Shown: positions 11,443 through 22,289, counted from the first letter of the stretch. The stretch is 64,000 nt of DNA from an uncultured Verrucomicrobiae bacterium (GCA_963772365.1 CAVYXA010000001.1:1664001-1728000), one strand, 5' to 3'. Made by a program: numbers and translations. The notes: generated by a model from the sequence alone, not told the origin.

Positions 11443-13068
11443 ATGATGATGGCAGAAAAGGAAAGACCTGATTTGACCAAGAAGGTGCACGAGGTGCCGC
11501 ACAAACCCGGGGTGTACCTGATGCGCGACCGGTTCAATCGCGTCATTTACGTCGGCAAGGCGCGCGATCTGCGCAAACGTGTGAGTTCATATTTCTTGCC
11601 CTCGAAAATTGCGCAGGCGGATTTGAAGACGCGCGCCATGCTCGATGCGGTTTGGGATTTTGAAACGCACATCGTCCGCAGCGATGCGGAATCCGCTCTT
11701 GCTCGAAGGCAAACTGATCAAGGAATATCGGCCGCGTTACAACATCTCGTTTCGGGACGATAAACGTTTTCTTCTGGTGAAGATCGACATGTCGGAGGAA
11801 TGGCCGCGTTTTCGCCTGGCGCGTTTCAAGAAAGATGACAATGCGCGTTACTTCGGACCATACGCGCACGCGGGCGCACTTCGGCAAACGTTGAACTTCA
11901 TGCGCAAGAAGTTTGGGGTTCTGACTTTTGGGCGCGGCTCGCCCACCGAACGAGAATTGAAATCATCCACCTACCAGGTTCCGGTGCGGTTGAGCGAGAT
12001 CACGGCCGAGCAATATCGCGAACGCGCCGCTCAGGCCTGTGAATTTCTGGAGGGAAAATCGCGCGAAATGATCGAAGCGCTTGGAGGAAGAGATGCGCAA
12101 GGCGGCAGGGAAAACCGATTTCGAAAAAGCTGCCGAGCTGCGCAACATGATCGACGACCTGCGCGACACGACGAAACCGACACGGCGGTTCACCCGCGGC
12201 AGCTTGCCGAGCTCGATCGATCCGATGGCAGACGTGCAGGCTTTGGCTGATGCGCTGCAACTTCCGCGCCCGCCGCCCGTGATGGAGTGCTTCGATATTT
12301 CAAACATTTCCACGCACGCACGTCGTTGCTTCGATGGTCTGCTTTCGCGAACGGCGTGCCGGACAAGGACAATTACCGGCGCTATCGCGTGCGCACCGTC
12401 GAAGGGCAGGATGATTTTGCCAGCATGGCCGAAGTCGTTCGACGGACGATATTCGCGGATGTTGCTCGAGGCGCGCGCGGCGAATCCGGAGGCGGCGGAA
12501 TTTTCGCAGGAGGGAACGGTGGATGCCATGCGAGCGATTGAAGAGCAACCGCTTCGGTTGCCGAACGGACGAAGGCAGGCGGAACGCTCAGCCCTACAAC
12601 TGCAGAAGAGGAACAAGACGACTTCGTTCGATTGCCCGATTTAATCATTGTCGATGGTGGAAAGGGCCAGCTTTCAACCGCGTGCCGGGAATTGCAGCGG
12701 CTCGGTTTACATGATTTGCCGATCATCGGTCTGGCCAAGGAACACGAAGAAATTTATCGGCCGGGCCGGGCGTTGCCGTTGCAGCTTGCCGTTCGATTCC
12801 GGCGCGTTGCGATTGTTGCAACGGATTCGGGACGAGGCGCACCGATTCGCCAATGCCTATCACCAGTTGCTGATGAAGAAGCGAATCGGCGAAAGCATTC
12901 TCGATGATTGCCCGGGCGTGAGCCAGAACCGGAAAAATCTGCTTTTGCGCAGATTTGGATCGGTCAATCGGACTGCGCAAAGCAAGCATGGAAGAGATTG
13001 CGGCCACAGAGGGAATCGGCCGAAAGTTGGCCGAAGACGTTCACCAGTTCTTGCAGCAGCATCATTGA
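11443..13068 (+). CDS. uvrC: Excinuclease ABC subunit C, multiply frameshifted
   Basis: [42 protein letters not shown] and [10 protein letters not shown] motifs. Confidence 0.92.
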
Positions 13069-13109
13069 CCGCAGATTCGCAGATGCCCAGCATTTTCGGG
13101 AAGATGTCG

Positions 13110-15054
13110 ATCTGAGAACTGCGCGGATTTACGCAACTTGTCTGCTTTTTCTGTCGCTCCTGTTGTGTTTGGCGTCTCGCGCAAACACGACGCCAGCCGG
13201 TAGCTCAGTATCGTCACGCCACACCCCGCCTCAGGCGCCCGCACCGGAAGAAGAAACAATCTCCCGACTTTCGAGACGCAAAAGTTGGCGCGAACCTATA
13301 TTCTCGATATTCCCGCGCCGCGCGGGCAGATCACAGATCGCTACGGGGTGCCGCTTGCGCAAAATAAACTTAGCTACAATCTCGCGATAAATTTTCCGAC
13401 CCCGCTCGATTTTTCGGACACGCAGGCGATCGGTTTCGTCCGCGAGAAGATCGAGCAAGGCGGAGAAATTACTTGGCCGTTCGATCAAAATCTCCGAGCA
13501 ATCAATTCTGCGTCATTATCACAACCGCGGGATTATGCCATTTGAGATCGTGCAGAATCTGAGCGACGCGGAATACAACAAGATCAAGGACGATGTTCCA
13601 GCGGGGATGGTCGTGCGGCCGATTTATATTCGCGTTTATCCGAAAGGGAAAGTCGCTGGCGACATCGTTGGATATACGGGCAAAACTGGACGCAATCCGA
13701 CGGGATTGTGGACAATCACGAAACGCTCTGGCCGGAGACCGAAGGACGCGAAGGACTGGAGCAGACATTCAACGACATGCTCACCGGCAAGCACGGCGAG
13801 TACAAGCTCGATATTCGACAAGGACGGTCGCAAAACGTCCGAGAAGCTGATCTCGCCGCCGATCCCCGGTTACAATGTAGTGACCACTCTCGATATTCGG
13901 CTTCAGGAATTGGCGGAAAAGGCCCTCGAAGCAAAAGCCAAACGCGGCGCGATTGTGATTGTCGATCCTAACAATGGCGACGTTCTTGCCATGGCCTCCT
14001 GGCCGAACTACGACCCGAATGTATTCGTCCCGTCGATCTCGACGGAAAAATTCAAAGCGTTGCAGGATGATCCCGATATTCCGTTATTACCGCGGGCATT
14101 TCGATCTGCTTATCCGCCGGGGTCAGTATTCAAAATCGCGGTCGGGATTGCCGCTTTGGAAAGTGGCGCAGTGCGGCCGGAAGATCTCTACCAATGCGTT
14201 CCCGCCATTCACATTGGTAATCTTACTTTCCACAACTGGAAGAAAACGGACCGCGGCGCGCTGAATTTCGTCCAGGCACTCACGGAATCATGCGACACAT
14301 GGTTTTATCAGGTCGGAATCAAGACCGGCGCGCAACCGATCATTGATTGGGCGTTGAACCTCGGTTTCGGTGCAAAATGTGGCATCCCGCTGCGAGGCGA
14401 AGCCGAAGGCCGGGTACCGAACGATGAATACATGAAAGCGACCCACGGCCGGAGACTTCTGAACGGCGACATTGCCAACTTGTCGATCGGCCAGGGCGAC
14501 ACGCTCGTTACCCCATTGCAAGTGGCCCAGGCGATGGGGATCGTGGCCAATGGCGGCACATTTTATCAGACGCGTCTGGTTCAACAGGTCCAGACTCTGG
14601 ACAATAAAATCGTAACTGCCTATCAAGTCCGTGCTAAAAGAACACTCGATATTTCTCCGACGACTCTGGATCAGTTGCGGACGGGCTATGATCCAAGTTG
14701 TAAGCGGATCGCGCGGCACAGCTCACCAGGCAAACCTGGACAATGTCGAAGTCGCAGGAAAAACCGGCACCGCGCAATGGGGACCGAAACATAAGGAGCG
14801 CAATCGCGGCGTGGTTCGCCGGGTTCTTGCCTGCCGACCAACCGCAGTTCGCTTTCGCGGCAGTTTACGAGGGCGAAGTTGGCGTCAATGTGCATGGCGG
14901 CTCGGTAGCCGCGCCGATGATCGCCGATATTTTCAAGGACGTATACAAAGCGCAACAGGTCAGCATCCGTCGGCATCCCGTTGTCGCGCCCCCGCCCCAG
15001 CCGGGACAGCCAATCCCTCGCGCTCAGCCGGTAGACGAGGACGAATCGGACTAA
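13110..15054 (+). CDS. mrdA: Penicillin-binding protein 2 (class B transpeptidase), multiply frameshifted; start approximate
   Basis: [17 protein letters not shown] (SxxK), SCD and AGKTGTAQ motifs. Confidence 0.85.
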
Positions 15055-15069
15055 TTCTCGTCGTCCCAT

Positions 15070-15097
15070 TGTCATCCTGAGCGAAGCGAAGGACCTC
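15070..15097 (+). repeat. REP-like element (GTCATCCTGAGCGAAGCGAAGGA family), single arm
   Basis: Matches the arms at 17810, 22290, 24238, 43526 and 44179. Confidence 0.8.
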
Positions 15098-15132
15098 CAA
15101 CTATATCAATCTGGCGGTTCTCGCGGGACCGC

Positions 15133-17751
15133 TCAGAGCAGATCCATTTGCGGTTTATCCGGAATCTTTTTTGGGGTTCTTCGCTCGCGCACTTTTGAAG
15201 GCGGCGTTTCGTTAACGCCGTTTGGCTTCTCCAAGTGAGCGAGAATGTCTTTGGCCCGGTCGAGAATTTCTTTCGGTATACCAGCAAGCCGCGCGACGTG
15301 GATACCGTAACTTTTGTCAGCGCCACCGGGCACGATCTTGCGCAAAAAAATAATCTGATCGTTCCATTCGCGCACCGCCACATTGTAATTGGAAACACCG
15401 TCTCGCTCCGCCGCGAGCTTCGTCAGTTCATGATAATGCGTCGCGAATAGTGTGCGCGCCTTGATTTTATCGTGCAAGAATTCGGCCACACTCCAGGCGA
15501 TCGAGAGTCCGTCGAATGTCGATGTTCCGCGGCCGATCTCGTCCAAAATGACCAGGCTTCGTTCGGTTGCATTGTTGACGATGTTTGAAGTCTCATTCAT
15601 TTCCACCATGAACGTAGATTGGCCGCGGGCGAGATCGTCATTCGCGCCGACCCGAGTGAAGATGCGATCGACCAGCCCGATCTCGGCGCTTTCCGCCGGA
15701 ACAAAGCTGCCGATCTGCGCCATCAATACAATGAGTGCGACCTGGCGGATGTAAGTGGATTTCCCCGCCATGTTCGGACCGGTGATGATGGCCAGACGCG
15801 CCATTTCGCCATCTAGCATCGTATCGTTAGGGACAAATTTTTCTTCCACCAAATTTTGATCCAGAACCGGATGCCGGCCATCTTTGATAACCAATCGAAG
15901 AGAATCGTTTAACTGCGGCCGGCAATATCGATAAAGCCGCGCCGTCTCGGCCAGGGCGCAGATAACATCGACAATCGCAATTGCCGCAGCCGTTTGTTGG
16001 ATCAGTCCCAGCTCCTGAAGAATTTCGTCCCGCAATTTTTGCAAGAGCTGGTACTCGAGTTGACGCGCTCGTTCATCTGCTCCGAGAATCTTTGCCTCCA
16101 TTTCCTTGAGCTCGGGCGTGATGAAGCGCTCGCCACCGACGGTAGTCTGTTTGCGAGTATAATGCCCGGGCACGCTTCCAAGGTTCGACTTCGTGACTTC
16201 GATAAAATAACCGAACACCGAATTGTACCGAACCTTGAGTGATTTGATCTTCGTTGCCGCAATTTCACGCTCCTGCAATTGGCTGATCCAATTTTTTCCG
16301 TCGCGTGAGGCCTGGCGCAAGGTGTCTAAATCGGCGTCATAACCATCGCGAAAAATTCCGCCCTCCTTTACCGCAATGGGCGGATCATCAACAACCGCGC
16401 TAGTAAGCTTCTCCGCCAGTGCGGGCATTTCGTGGATCTCGTTTTGCAGATGAACTGGTAGGGCGCGACCGCCGGGCGCGCCGACATCGGTCTCCTGAAT
16501 TGCAGGCGGGCTCGGCGAGCCCGCCCTACCAAAACTTGTTCGCTCAATCAGTTTTCCAAGCTCCGACTTGAGTTTCGGGAGCTGTTGAAGTGAATTTTTT
16601 AAAGCGACCAGATCGCGCGGATTGCCCGAAGCTTGACTCAACCGCCCGGCAGCACGCTCGATGTCGCGAATCGCTTTTAGCTCGGAGCGGATTGAGCCCA
16701 GCAGGTCTGGCTCCTGTAACAAATCCGCGATCATTTGCTGTCGGCACTCGAGCCCAGGCAAATTGCGCAGGGGTCGCAAAATCCACGCCCGCAATTTGCG
16801 ACCGCCCATCGGCGTTACCGTCCTGTCCAGCACCGCCAGCAGACTCGTATCGCGAATACTGCGGGACTCGACCAGCTCGAGATTGGTCTGAGTGGCCGCG
16901 TCGAGCGCCACATGGTGCGCAGGCGGATCGCTCCGCAAAGAAGTCAGATGATCGATTTTCCGCCGAAGCTGATGTTTCAGGTAATGAACAATCGCGCCTG
17001 CCGCGGCGATCGCCTGCGGCATTTGCCCGCACCCGAAACCGTCGAGCGATTTCACTTTGAAATGTTCGCATAGAGTGAAGACGGCCTGCTCGGGTAGAAA
17101 TGCGTAGCTGTCGTAGTTCAATGCGCCGCTGATCCCGTGGAACTTTTCCGCCTGGGTATCGCTGATCAAAACTTCCGCCGGAGAAACGCGAGCCAGCTCA
17201 TCGAGCAAAGATTGATATCCTCGGTTCCCACCTCGCGTACCCTCTCGGGCTGGCCCGTCTACGTCGCACGCGTCCCCGCGGCTCCGTTGTCGATCATCAT
17301 CAAATTGAGTCAAACGAAACTCGCCAGTGCTCAGGTCGGCATAGGCAAATCCAAACAGGCCGGCTTCGATAGCTACTGCGCCGAGATAATTCGCCCGTTT
17401 GGAGTCGAGAAGATCGAGATCGCTCACTGTCCCGGCGGTGATGATCTGAGTAATGTCGCGGGTAACGATCTTGCCCGGTCGCGGCTCGCTGGTCTGATCG
17501 CAAATCGCTACTCGTCGGCCGGCCTTGATTAGCTTCGCGATATAAGTTTGTGCCGCGTGATACGGAACGCCGCACATCGGGACCTCGTTTCGCTTGGTCA
17601 AGGCAACGTTCAGCAGCGCCGACGCTTCCTTTGCGTCCTCGAAAAAAAGTTCGTAAAAGTCGCCAAGCCGAAACAGCAAAAGTGTATCGGCTGGAATGCT
17701 GCTTCGCAGCCGCCGGTACTGCTGCATCATCGGAGTAAGCGCGTCGGCCAT
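15133..17751 (-). CDS. mutS: DNA mismatch repair protein MutS
   Basis: TPMMQQY, GDFYELF, GPNMAGKST, DEIGRGTST and SYGIHVARLAG motifs; two apparent in-frame insertions. Confidence 0.98.
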   Translation of the reverse strand: MADALTPMMQQYRRLRSSIPADTLLLFRLGDFYELFFEDAKEASALLNVALTKRNEVPMCGVPYHAAQTYIAKLIKAGRRVAICDQTSEPRPGKIVTRDITQIITAGTVSDLDLLDSKRANYLGAVAIEAGLFGFAYADLSTGEFRLTQFDDDRQRSRGDACDVDGPAREGTRGGNRGYQSLLDELARVSPAEVLISDTQAEKFHGISGALNYDSYAFLPEQAVFTLCEHFKVKSLDGFGCGQMPQAIAAAGAIVHYLKHQLRRKIDHLTSLRSDPPAHHVALDAATQTNLELVESRSIRDTSLLAVLDRTVTPMGGRKLRAWILRPLRNLPGLECRQQMIADLLQEPDLLGSIRSELKAIRDIERAAGRLSQASGNPRDLVALKNSLQQLPKLKSELGKLIERTSFGRAGSPSPPAIQETDVGAPGGRALPVHLQNEIHEMPALAEKLTSAVVDDPPIAVKEGGIFRDGYDADLDTLRQASRDGKNWISQLQEREIAATKIKSLKVRYNSVFGYFIEVTKSNLGSVPGHYTRKQTTVGGERFITPELKEMEAKILGADERARQLEYQLLQKLRDEILQELGLIQQTAAAIAIVDVICALAETARLYRYCRPQLNDSLRLVIKDGRHPVLDQNLVEEKFVPNDTMLDGEMARLAIITGPNMAGKSTYIRQVALIVLMAQIGSFVPAESAEIGLVDRIFTRVGANDDLARGQSTFMVEMNETSNIVNNATERSLVILDEIGRGTSTFDGLSIAWSVAEFLHDKIKARTLFATHYHELTKLAAERDGVSNYNVAVREWNDQIIFLRKIVPGGADKSYGIHVARLAGIPKEILDRAKDILAHLEKPNGVNETPPSKVRERRTPKKIPDKPQMDLL
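16457..16530. repeat. GTAG-type REP doublet inside mutS
   Basis: GGTAGGGCG...CGCCCTACC inverted ends with internal hairpins. Confidence 0.8.
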
Positions 17752-17809
17752 TACTTCCAGTATCGAGGAAACGCGAAACTAGGAAAAGCCTGATTGCATC
17801 GGTGCCTTT

Positions 17810-17900
17810 GTCATCCTGAGCGAAGCGAAGGATCTCCGACTTCCTCCGGGATTCACGAAGAACAGAATGATTAGAGATGTTTCGCTCCGCTCAACATGAC
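17810..17900. repeat. REP-like inverted doublet (GTCAT...ATGAC family)
   Basis: GTCATCCTGAGCGAAGCGAAGGATCTC ... GAGATGTTTCGCTCCGCTCAACATGAC. Confidence 0.85.
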
Positions 17901-17912
17901 CGGAGAAGGGAA

Positions 17913-19412
17913 CTATTGTTTCGCCAGTTGAGACAGATACTCAACAAACGAAAGCACCGCTCCGTCGTATCCTTGAATCTTCGGGTTAGATGATTCGATG
18001 ACGAAATATTCGTCCGGAGCATGCGCTCCGCTGCCGTGTCCAAGGCCGAAATGTCCGGCCGGCACCTTGAGCGGGTCGCTAGTGAAAACATAACCAGGCC
18101 AGGAACCGGCGCTGCGCGGGAGAATAACCGGATCGATCCCTTCATCTTTCAGAACCGCCAATTGCGCTTGAATCAGTTTTGAATCGAGAGCGGTGCTGGT
18201 GGGATCCTAACCGCCGGTCATATTAACATCGATGTCGCCGAAACCTCGCTTAGCCAAATGCGCTTTGAGCGCAGCCAGCGCGCCGGCTGCCGTCATGTTC
18301 GGAACCAGACGCAGATCCAATTTCGCCACAGCTTTGTGCGGCAAAATCGTTTTGCCTCCCGGGCCAGTGTAACCGCCCACCAACCCTTCGATATTCACGG
18401 TGGGTCGCGAAACCCAAAGCTCGAGCGCTCTCTCCCAATCCACATCGCGCACCCAATGTTGCACACTCAGAGCCTTCTTGGTTTGCGCTTCGCCGAGGCG
18501 CTTGGACGCTTGCGCGACCATGGCTTTTTCCTTCGCATCCATCGGCCGCACCTTTGCGGTGAAATTATCTATAGCCGGTTCGTTTCCATCTTCCGACACC
18601 AGCGTGTTCAGCGCTTTCAGCAAATGCCAGGCGGGACTGTCCACGCGCGCTTTGTTCGACGAATGAATGTCTTTGCTCGGGCCGCGGCCCCATTTTTCTC
18701 CGGTCGATGTCAGTTCCACTTCGATCACACCTTTCGCGCCTAAAGTCAGGGTCACCATTCCATCCAAACCCTGTTCGGCTGAGGGAATGAAAACGCCATC
18801 GCATTTTGACAACGCGGTCTGCACTTCGGGCTTGTGCACGATTTGGGGAAAATGAGGCGAACCGATCTCTTCTTCACCTTCGGCAACGAAAACAAGATTG
18901 ACCGGCAACTTTTTTCCAGCTCCACGAATGGCATGCAGCGCGGCGAGAAAGGCGGACTCCGGTCCCTTTTGATTCACTGCTCCGCGGCCGATGATCACTT
19001 TTCCCAGCCCGGGCTTATCGACGAGCGCGGCTTCGGTGGGCGGAGAAGACCATTCCGCCGGATCAAATTGTTTGACGTCGTACATGAAATAAATCCCGAT
19101 CGACTTCTTTGCGCCGGCATCGAGAGTCGCGAACACTCCAGGTTTTCCATCCGTTGGAACCTGGACTGCTTTATCAAAGCCTGCGTCCAACAGGAGTTTG
19201 ATGATGTAATCGGCGCCTTCGGGATATCCGCGATTTTCGGCGGCAATGGAAACCTGGTGAACCCAATCCTGGAGGCGTTTGACCGATTCGTCATGCTGTT
19301 TCGAAATCTGCGCCTTGATATCGGCAAATTGGTCCTGCGCTGACGCGCGATGATTTCCCAGTGAAAACGTCAAGCCCGCAATCGCCACGATGAAAAAGCT
19401 TTTCCAGTTCAT
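17913..19412 (-). pseudogene. Secreted M20/M25/M40 metallopeptidase with an in-frame TAG at 18207-18209 (or a base-call error)
   Basis: Signal peptide, GRGA...KG, EGEEEIGS; the same frame continues after TAG to GAHAPDEY. Confidence 0.75.
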
Positions 19413-19601
19413 GCTTCTTACATGACGGGTGAAGTCGTTGCCTGCAACCTGCTATTTCAAAGGGAAATGCGATATTTCTGGCCCCAATCCGCAGCATCGA
19501 GAGAAATATTGTCCTTCGCTTCCTGTTCTTGTGGAGGGCCTTATGACTCGAGAACAGGTGTCGCACTGGACAGGCACGTAACCGGCTGTATGGAAGTAAG
19601 G

Positions 19602-19658
19602 ATGAAAACGATCATCGCGCTCTCTCGCTCCGCCCGCCAAATCGGGCGACTTGCCTAG
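19602..19658 (+). CDS. Candidate 18-aa leader peptide MKTIIALSRSARQIGRLA
   Basis: Purine-rich GGAAGTAAGG directly before the ATG; followed by a structured region and a downstream gene. Confidence 0.35.
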   Translation: MKTIIALSRSARQIGRLA

Positions 19659-19773
19659 AGGGTGCGCTGGATCTCGCCAAGTTGGAGACCGCCTTTCGCG
19701 GCACCCCAGTGGTTGAATCTCACCACGCGCGGGTTTTTGCGCCGGAACCCAGACCGGAATTTGGGGAAAATTT

Positions 19774-20058
19774 ATGAAACCAACACCTCAAATCAGCTAT
19801 CAACCAGTTCGGCAGAATTTGCCGCGGACTGATTATCATTATCAATCCACCCTCGAAACATCGAGCACGACCGTTGAGAACAGGCGCGACGCGCAACGGC
19901 TCGATGGGTTCTGGAGGTTAAGCTCCGGATTTTTCAGCGCCGAAGCGAAGCTCGATTATGCGACCGAGCTGTTGTTTTTCTCGCTCATCACAGCGCTTTC
20001 GGCCTGGCCAGTCATCTCAGCGTTTGTCGCGGTCACCCGAATGGTCCGGAATTACTAG
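19774..20058 (+). CDS. Hypothetical protein with C-terminal hydrophobic helix
   Basis: RBS GGGGA, 94-aa ORF, C-terminal TM-like segment. Confidence 0.65.
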   Translation: MKPTPQISYQPVRQNLPRTDYHYQSTLETSSTTVENRRDAQRLDGFWRLSSGFFSAEAKLDYATELLFFSLITALSAWPVISAFVAVTRMVRNY

Positions 20059-20143
20059 TTCGCTGCGGCGATGGCCGCGTGATGTTTTAGTGGGCAAGAT
20101 CAGTTGTCGCCGGCTGAGACGTTGAATAGTTTGGTCTTCGATC

Positions 20144-20248
20144 ATGAAGACAATTACCAACGCTTTCCAAATCGTCTGGTTGACCTTGGCGCTGACCATT
20201 AGTTCGTCCGCTGTCGATGAACCGTTGTATAACGGAAGCGAAGTTTAA
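20144..20248 (+). CDS. Candidate 34-aa small protein MKTITNAFQIVWLTLALTISSSAVDEPLYNGSEV
   Basis: Translated by hand; signal-peptide-like hydrophobic stretch; fills an otherwise empty gap. Confidence 0.4.
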   Translation: MKTITNAFQIVWLTLALTISSSAVDEPLYNGSEV

Positions 20249-20296
20249 GAAGATTTGGGCAGAAGCCGATCTCAAGATCGACACCTCGTGTCTCTG

Positions 20297-21364
20297 TTAG
20301 CCGCGGGCGTAACGGATCGTCGATCGTCTTCTTGCTTTGTCGATCCATTTCGTGACGTCCGAAAGCGGCATGAAATTGACGATTCGCTCCGGCGGAATCT
20401 TTGCCTTGAGCGCTGCGGCGAGACCGAGCTCAATGAAACCGAGTTGCCAGGGATGATGGGCGTCGGTTCCAAGTGAGATTCTTGCGCCTTCTTTTCGCGC
20501 CAGCTTCAGCAGCGACAGATTAAGATCCTGGCGATCGGGATAACAATCGATTTCGGCCGCTTTATTTAGCCGGGCGGCTTCGGCAAAAACGCGCGACCAA
20601 TCCGCTTTCAGACCAAGCCGGAAATTGTAAATGCGGCCACGCGGATGGCCGAGAATTTGGATGTGCGGATTGCGCACCGCTGCTATGTAACGCGAGGTCT
20701 GATCATCCAGCTTGCGCAGGGCGGAATGAAAAGAACCGAGCACCAGATTTAATCGGCGCAGTGCTCGCGGATCCATGTCACCTTCCCCGCGCGGATTCAG
20801 GTTCAATTCGATCGAACTCAGGACCGTGACATTCGATTTCGCTCGGGTGAGCAATCGGTTCGCTTTCGTAATTTCGTTTGTCTGTTCCTTCAGCTGCGTT
20901 TCATCAATACCGCCGGCGATCTTCAGTCCTTTGGAATGATCGGTAATCGCAATGTATTCGTAGCCGCGTTCCTGCGCTGCCTTTGCCATTTCCAGAACCG
21001 TTCCCGAGCCGTCGCTCCAGCGGGTATGCATCTGCAAATCGCCTCGAAATCGTTTCGACCAATCTGGCTTCCTGCTAAGGAGAAGCTGGGCATCGGCCAG
21101 AGCAAGGAAGTCTCGCCGAATTTGCGGCGTTCTCGGCAACGGCTGTGGTGGTTTGTCGATCCAGCGGCGGATTCGTTCGGCCATGAACGGACCGACAGCG
21201 GCCAGCTCCGTTAACGAGCGATTTTGGATGACAAGCTCAGCTGCATGCTCGGGCCAAAGAAATGCACTTCGCGCAGCACGCCGATAGGCCCGGACTAGGA
21301 TTCCCGATTCCCGCTCTGACTGCCGGGCAAGCAGCTCCGCGATCTCCGAGTTTGATAGCATCAA
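20297..21364 (-). CDS. PHP-domain protein with PolX-like N-terminal helical domain, no polymerase core
   Basis: N.EIAELL...RAYRRAARS, GDLQMHTRWSDG, TDHS, GHPRGR and TDAH motifs. Confidence 0.8.
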   Translation of the reverse strand: MMLSNSEIAELLARQSERESGILVRAYRRAARSAFLWPEHAAELVIQNRSLTELAAVGPFMAERIRRWIDKPPQPLPRTPQIRRDFLALADAQLLLSRKPDWSKRFRGDLQMHTRWSDGSGTVLEMAKAAQERGYEYIAITDHSKGLKIAGGIDETQLKEQTNEITKANRLLTRAKSNVTVLSSIELNLNPRGEGDMDPRALRRLNLVLGSFHSALRKLDDQTSRYIAAVRNPHIQILGHPRGRIYNFRLGLKADWSRVFAEAARLNKAAEIDCYPDRQDLNLSLLKLARKEGARISLGTDAHHPWQLGFIELGLAAALKAKIPPERIVNFMPLSDVTKWIDKARRRSTIRYARG

Positions 21365-22267
21365 TCATCCAACGATCTCCACGCCTTCCCTGGCCGTCCG
21401 CCGGCCGTAAAGATCGCTCAGGCGTCGAGTCATGGGACCAATTTGGCCTGTGCTGATGATGCGATTGTCGATCTTAATTATTCCAGCCAGTTCACCCATC
21501 GTGCCTGTGCAAAAGGCTTCATCTGCGCCGTATAAGTCGTCGAGTTTCAAATCAGTTTCGACGCACGGTATTTTTTCCCCAGCGCAAATCTCGATCACGG
21601 TTCCGCGAGTGATTCCTTCGGGGCAGGCCACGACGCGGCTCGTGGCCAGTTCATTCTGACGCACGATGAATACATGCGTCGCGTTGGTTTCAGCAACGAA
21701 TCCCCGCATGTCCAGCATGAGGGCGTCATCCGCGCCGGCATTGTTCGCTTCGATTTTTGCCAGGATCGAATTGAGCAGATTCGCGTGATGAATCCTGGCA
21801 TCCAAAACTTCTGGTGGTGGACGCCGAACTTTGGTCGTGATCAAGGTGAGACCGGTCTTGGCATAAACCGGCGCTTTGTGCTCGGCCAGCACGATCAACG
21901 TTGGTCCGCTTTGATTGAGACGCGGGTCCATGCCTGAGGTGATTTTCACCCCGCGGGTGAGTGTCAGGCGAATGTGAACTCCATCACGCATCTTATTCGC
22001 GGCAAGGGTGCGCTTTATCTCGTCGATGATTTTGTCGCGCGACGGAAGATCGAGAAACGATAGTGCCCGGGCGGAGCGTTCGAGACGATCGAGATGTTCG
22101 TTGAGCTTGAAGATGCGACCGTCATATAAGCGCAAGCCTTCCCAAACCGCATCACCACCTTGCACCGCCGAATCGAACGGACTGATGCCGGCCTGATCCC
22201 GATGAATCAGCCGACCATTGATATTTACGATCAGGTCGCGGTTTCGTTCGTCGAATTGTTGCAGCAT
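21365..22267 (-). CDS. Class IV aminotransferase (BCAT-like)
   Basis: GDAVWEGLR, HLDRL, EGITR and ADEAFCTGT motifs. Confidence 0.88.
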   Translation of the reverse strand: MLQQFDERNRDLIVNINGRLIHRDQAGISPFDSAVQGGDAVWEGLRLYDGRIFKLNEHLDRLERSARALSFLDLPSRDKIIDEIKRTLAANKMRDGVHIRLTLTRGVKITSGMDPRLNQSGPTLIVLAEHKAPVYAKTGLTLITTKVRRPPPEVLDARIHHANLLNSILAKIEANNAGADDALMLDMRGFVAETNATHVFIVRQNELATSRVVACPEGITRGTVIEICAGEKIPCVETDLKLDDLYGADEAFCTGTMGELAGIIKIDNRIISTGQIGPMTRRLSDLYGRRTAREGVEIVG

Positions 22268-22289
22268 GACTAAACTCCAAACGTCACAT

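Noticed and set aside
5503..15054. Programmed frameshifting or mass pseudogenisation
   Set aside because: No consistent slippery sites, motifs are intact, and the indels are regionally clustered, which fits sequencing error
18207..18209. Pyrrolysine or alternative genetic code
   Set aside because: It is a single case, TAG is a normal stop in many neighbouring genes, and no pyl genes are seen
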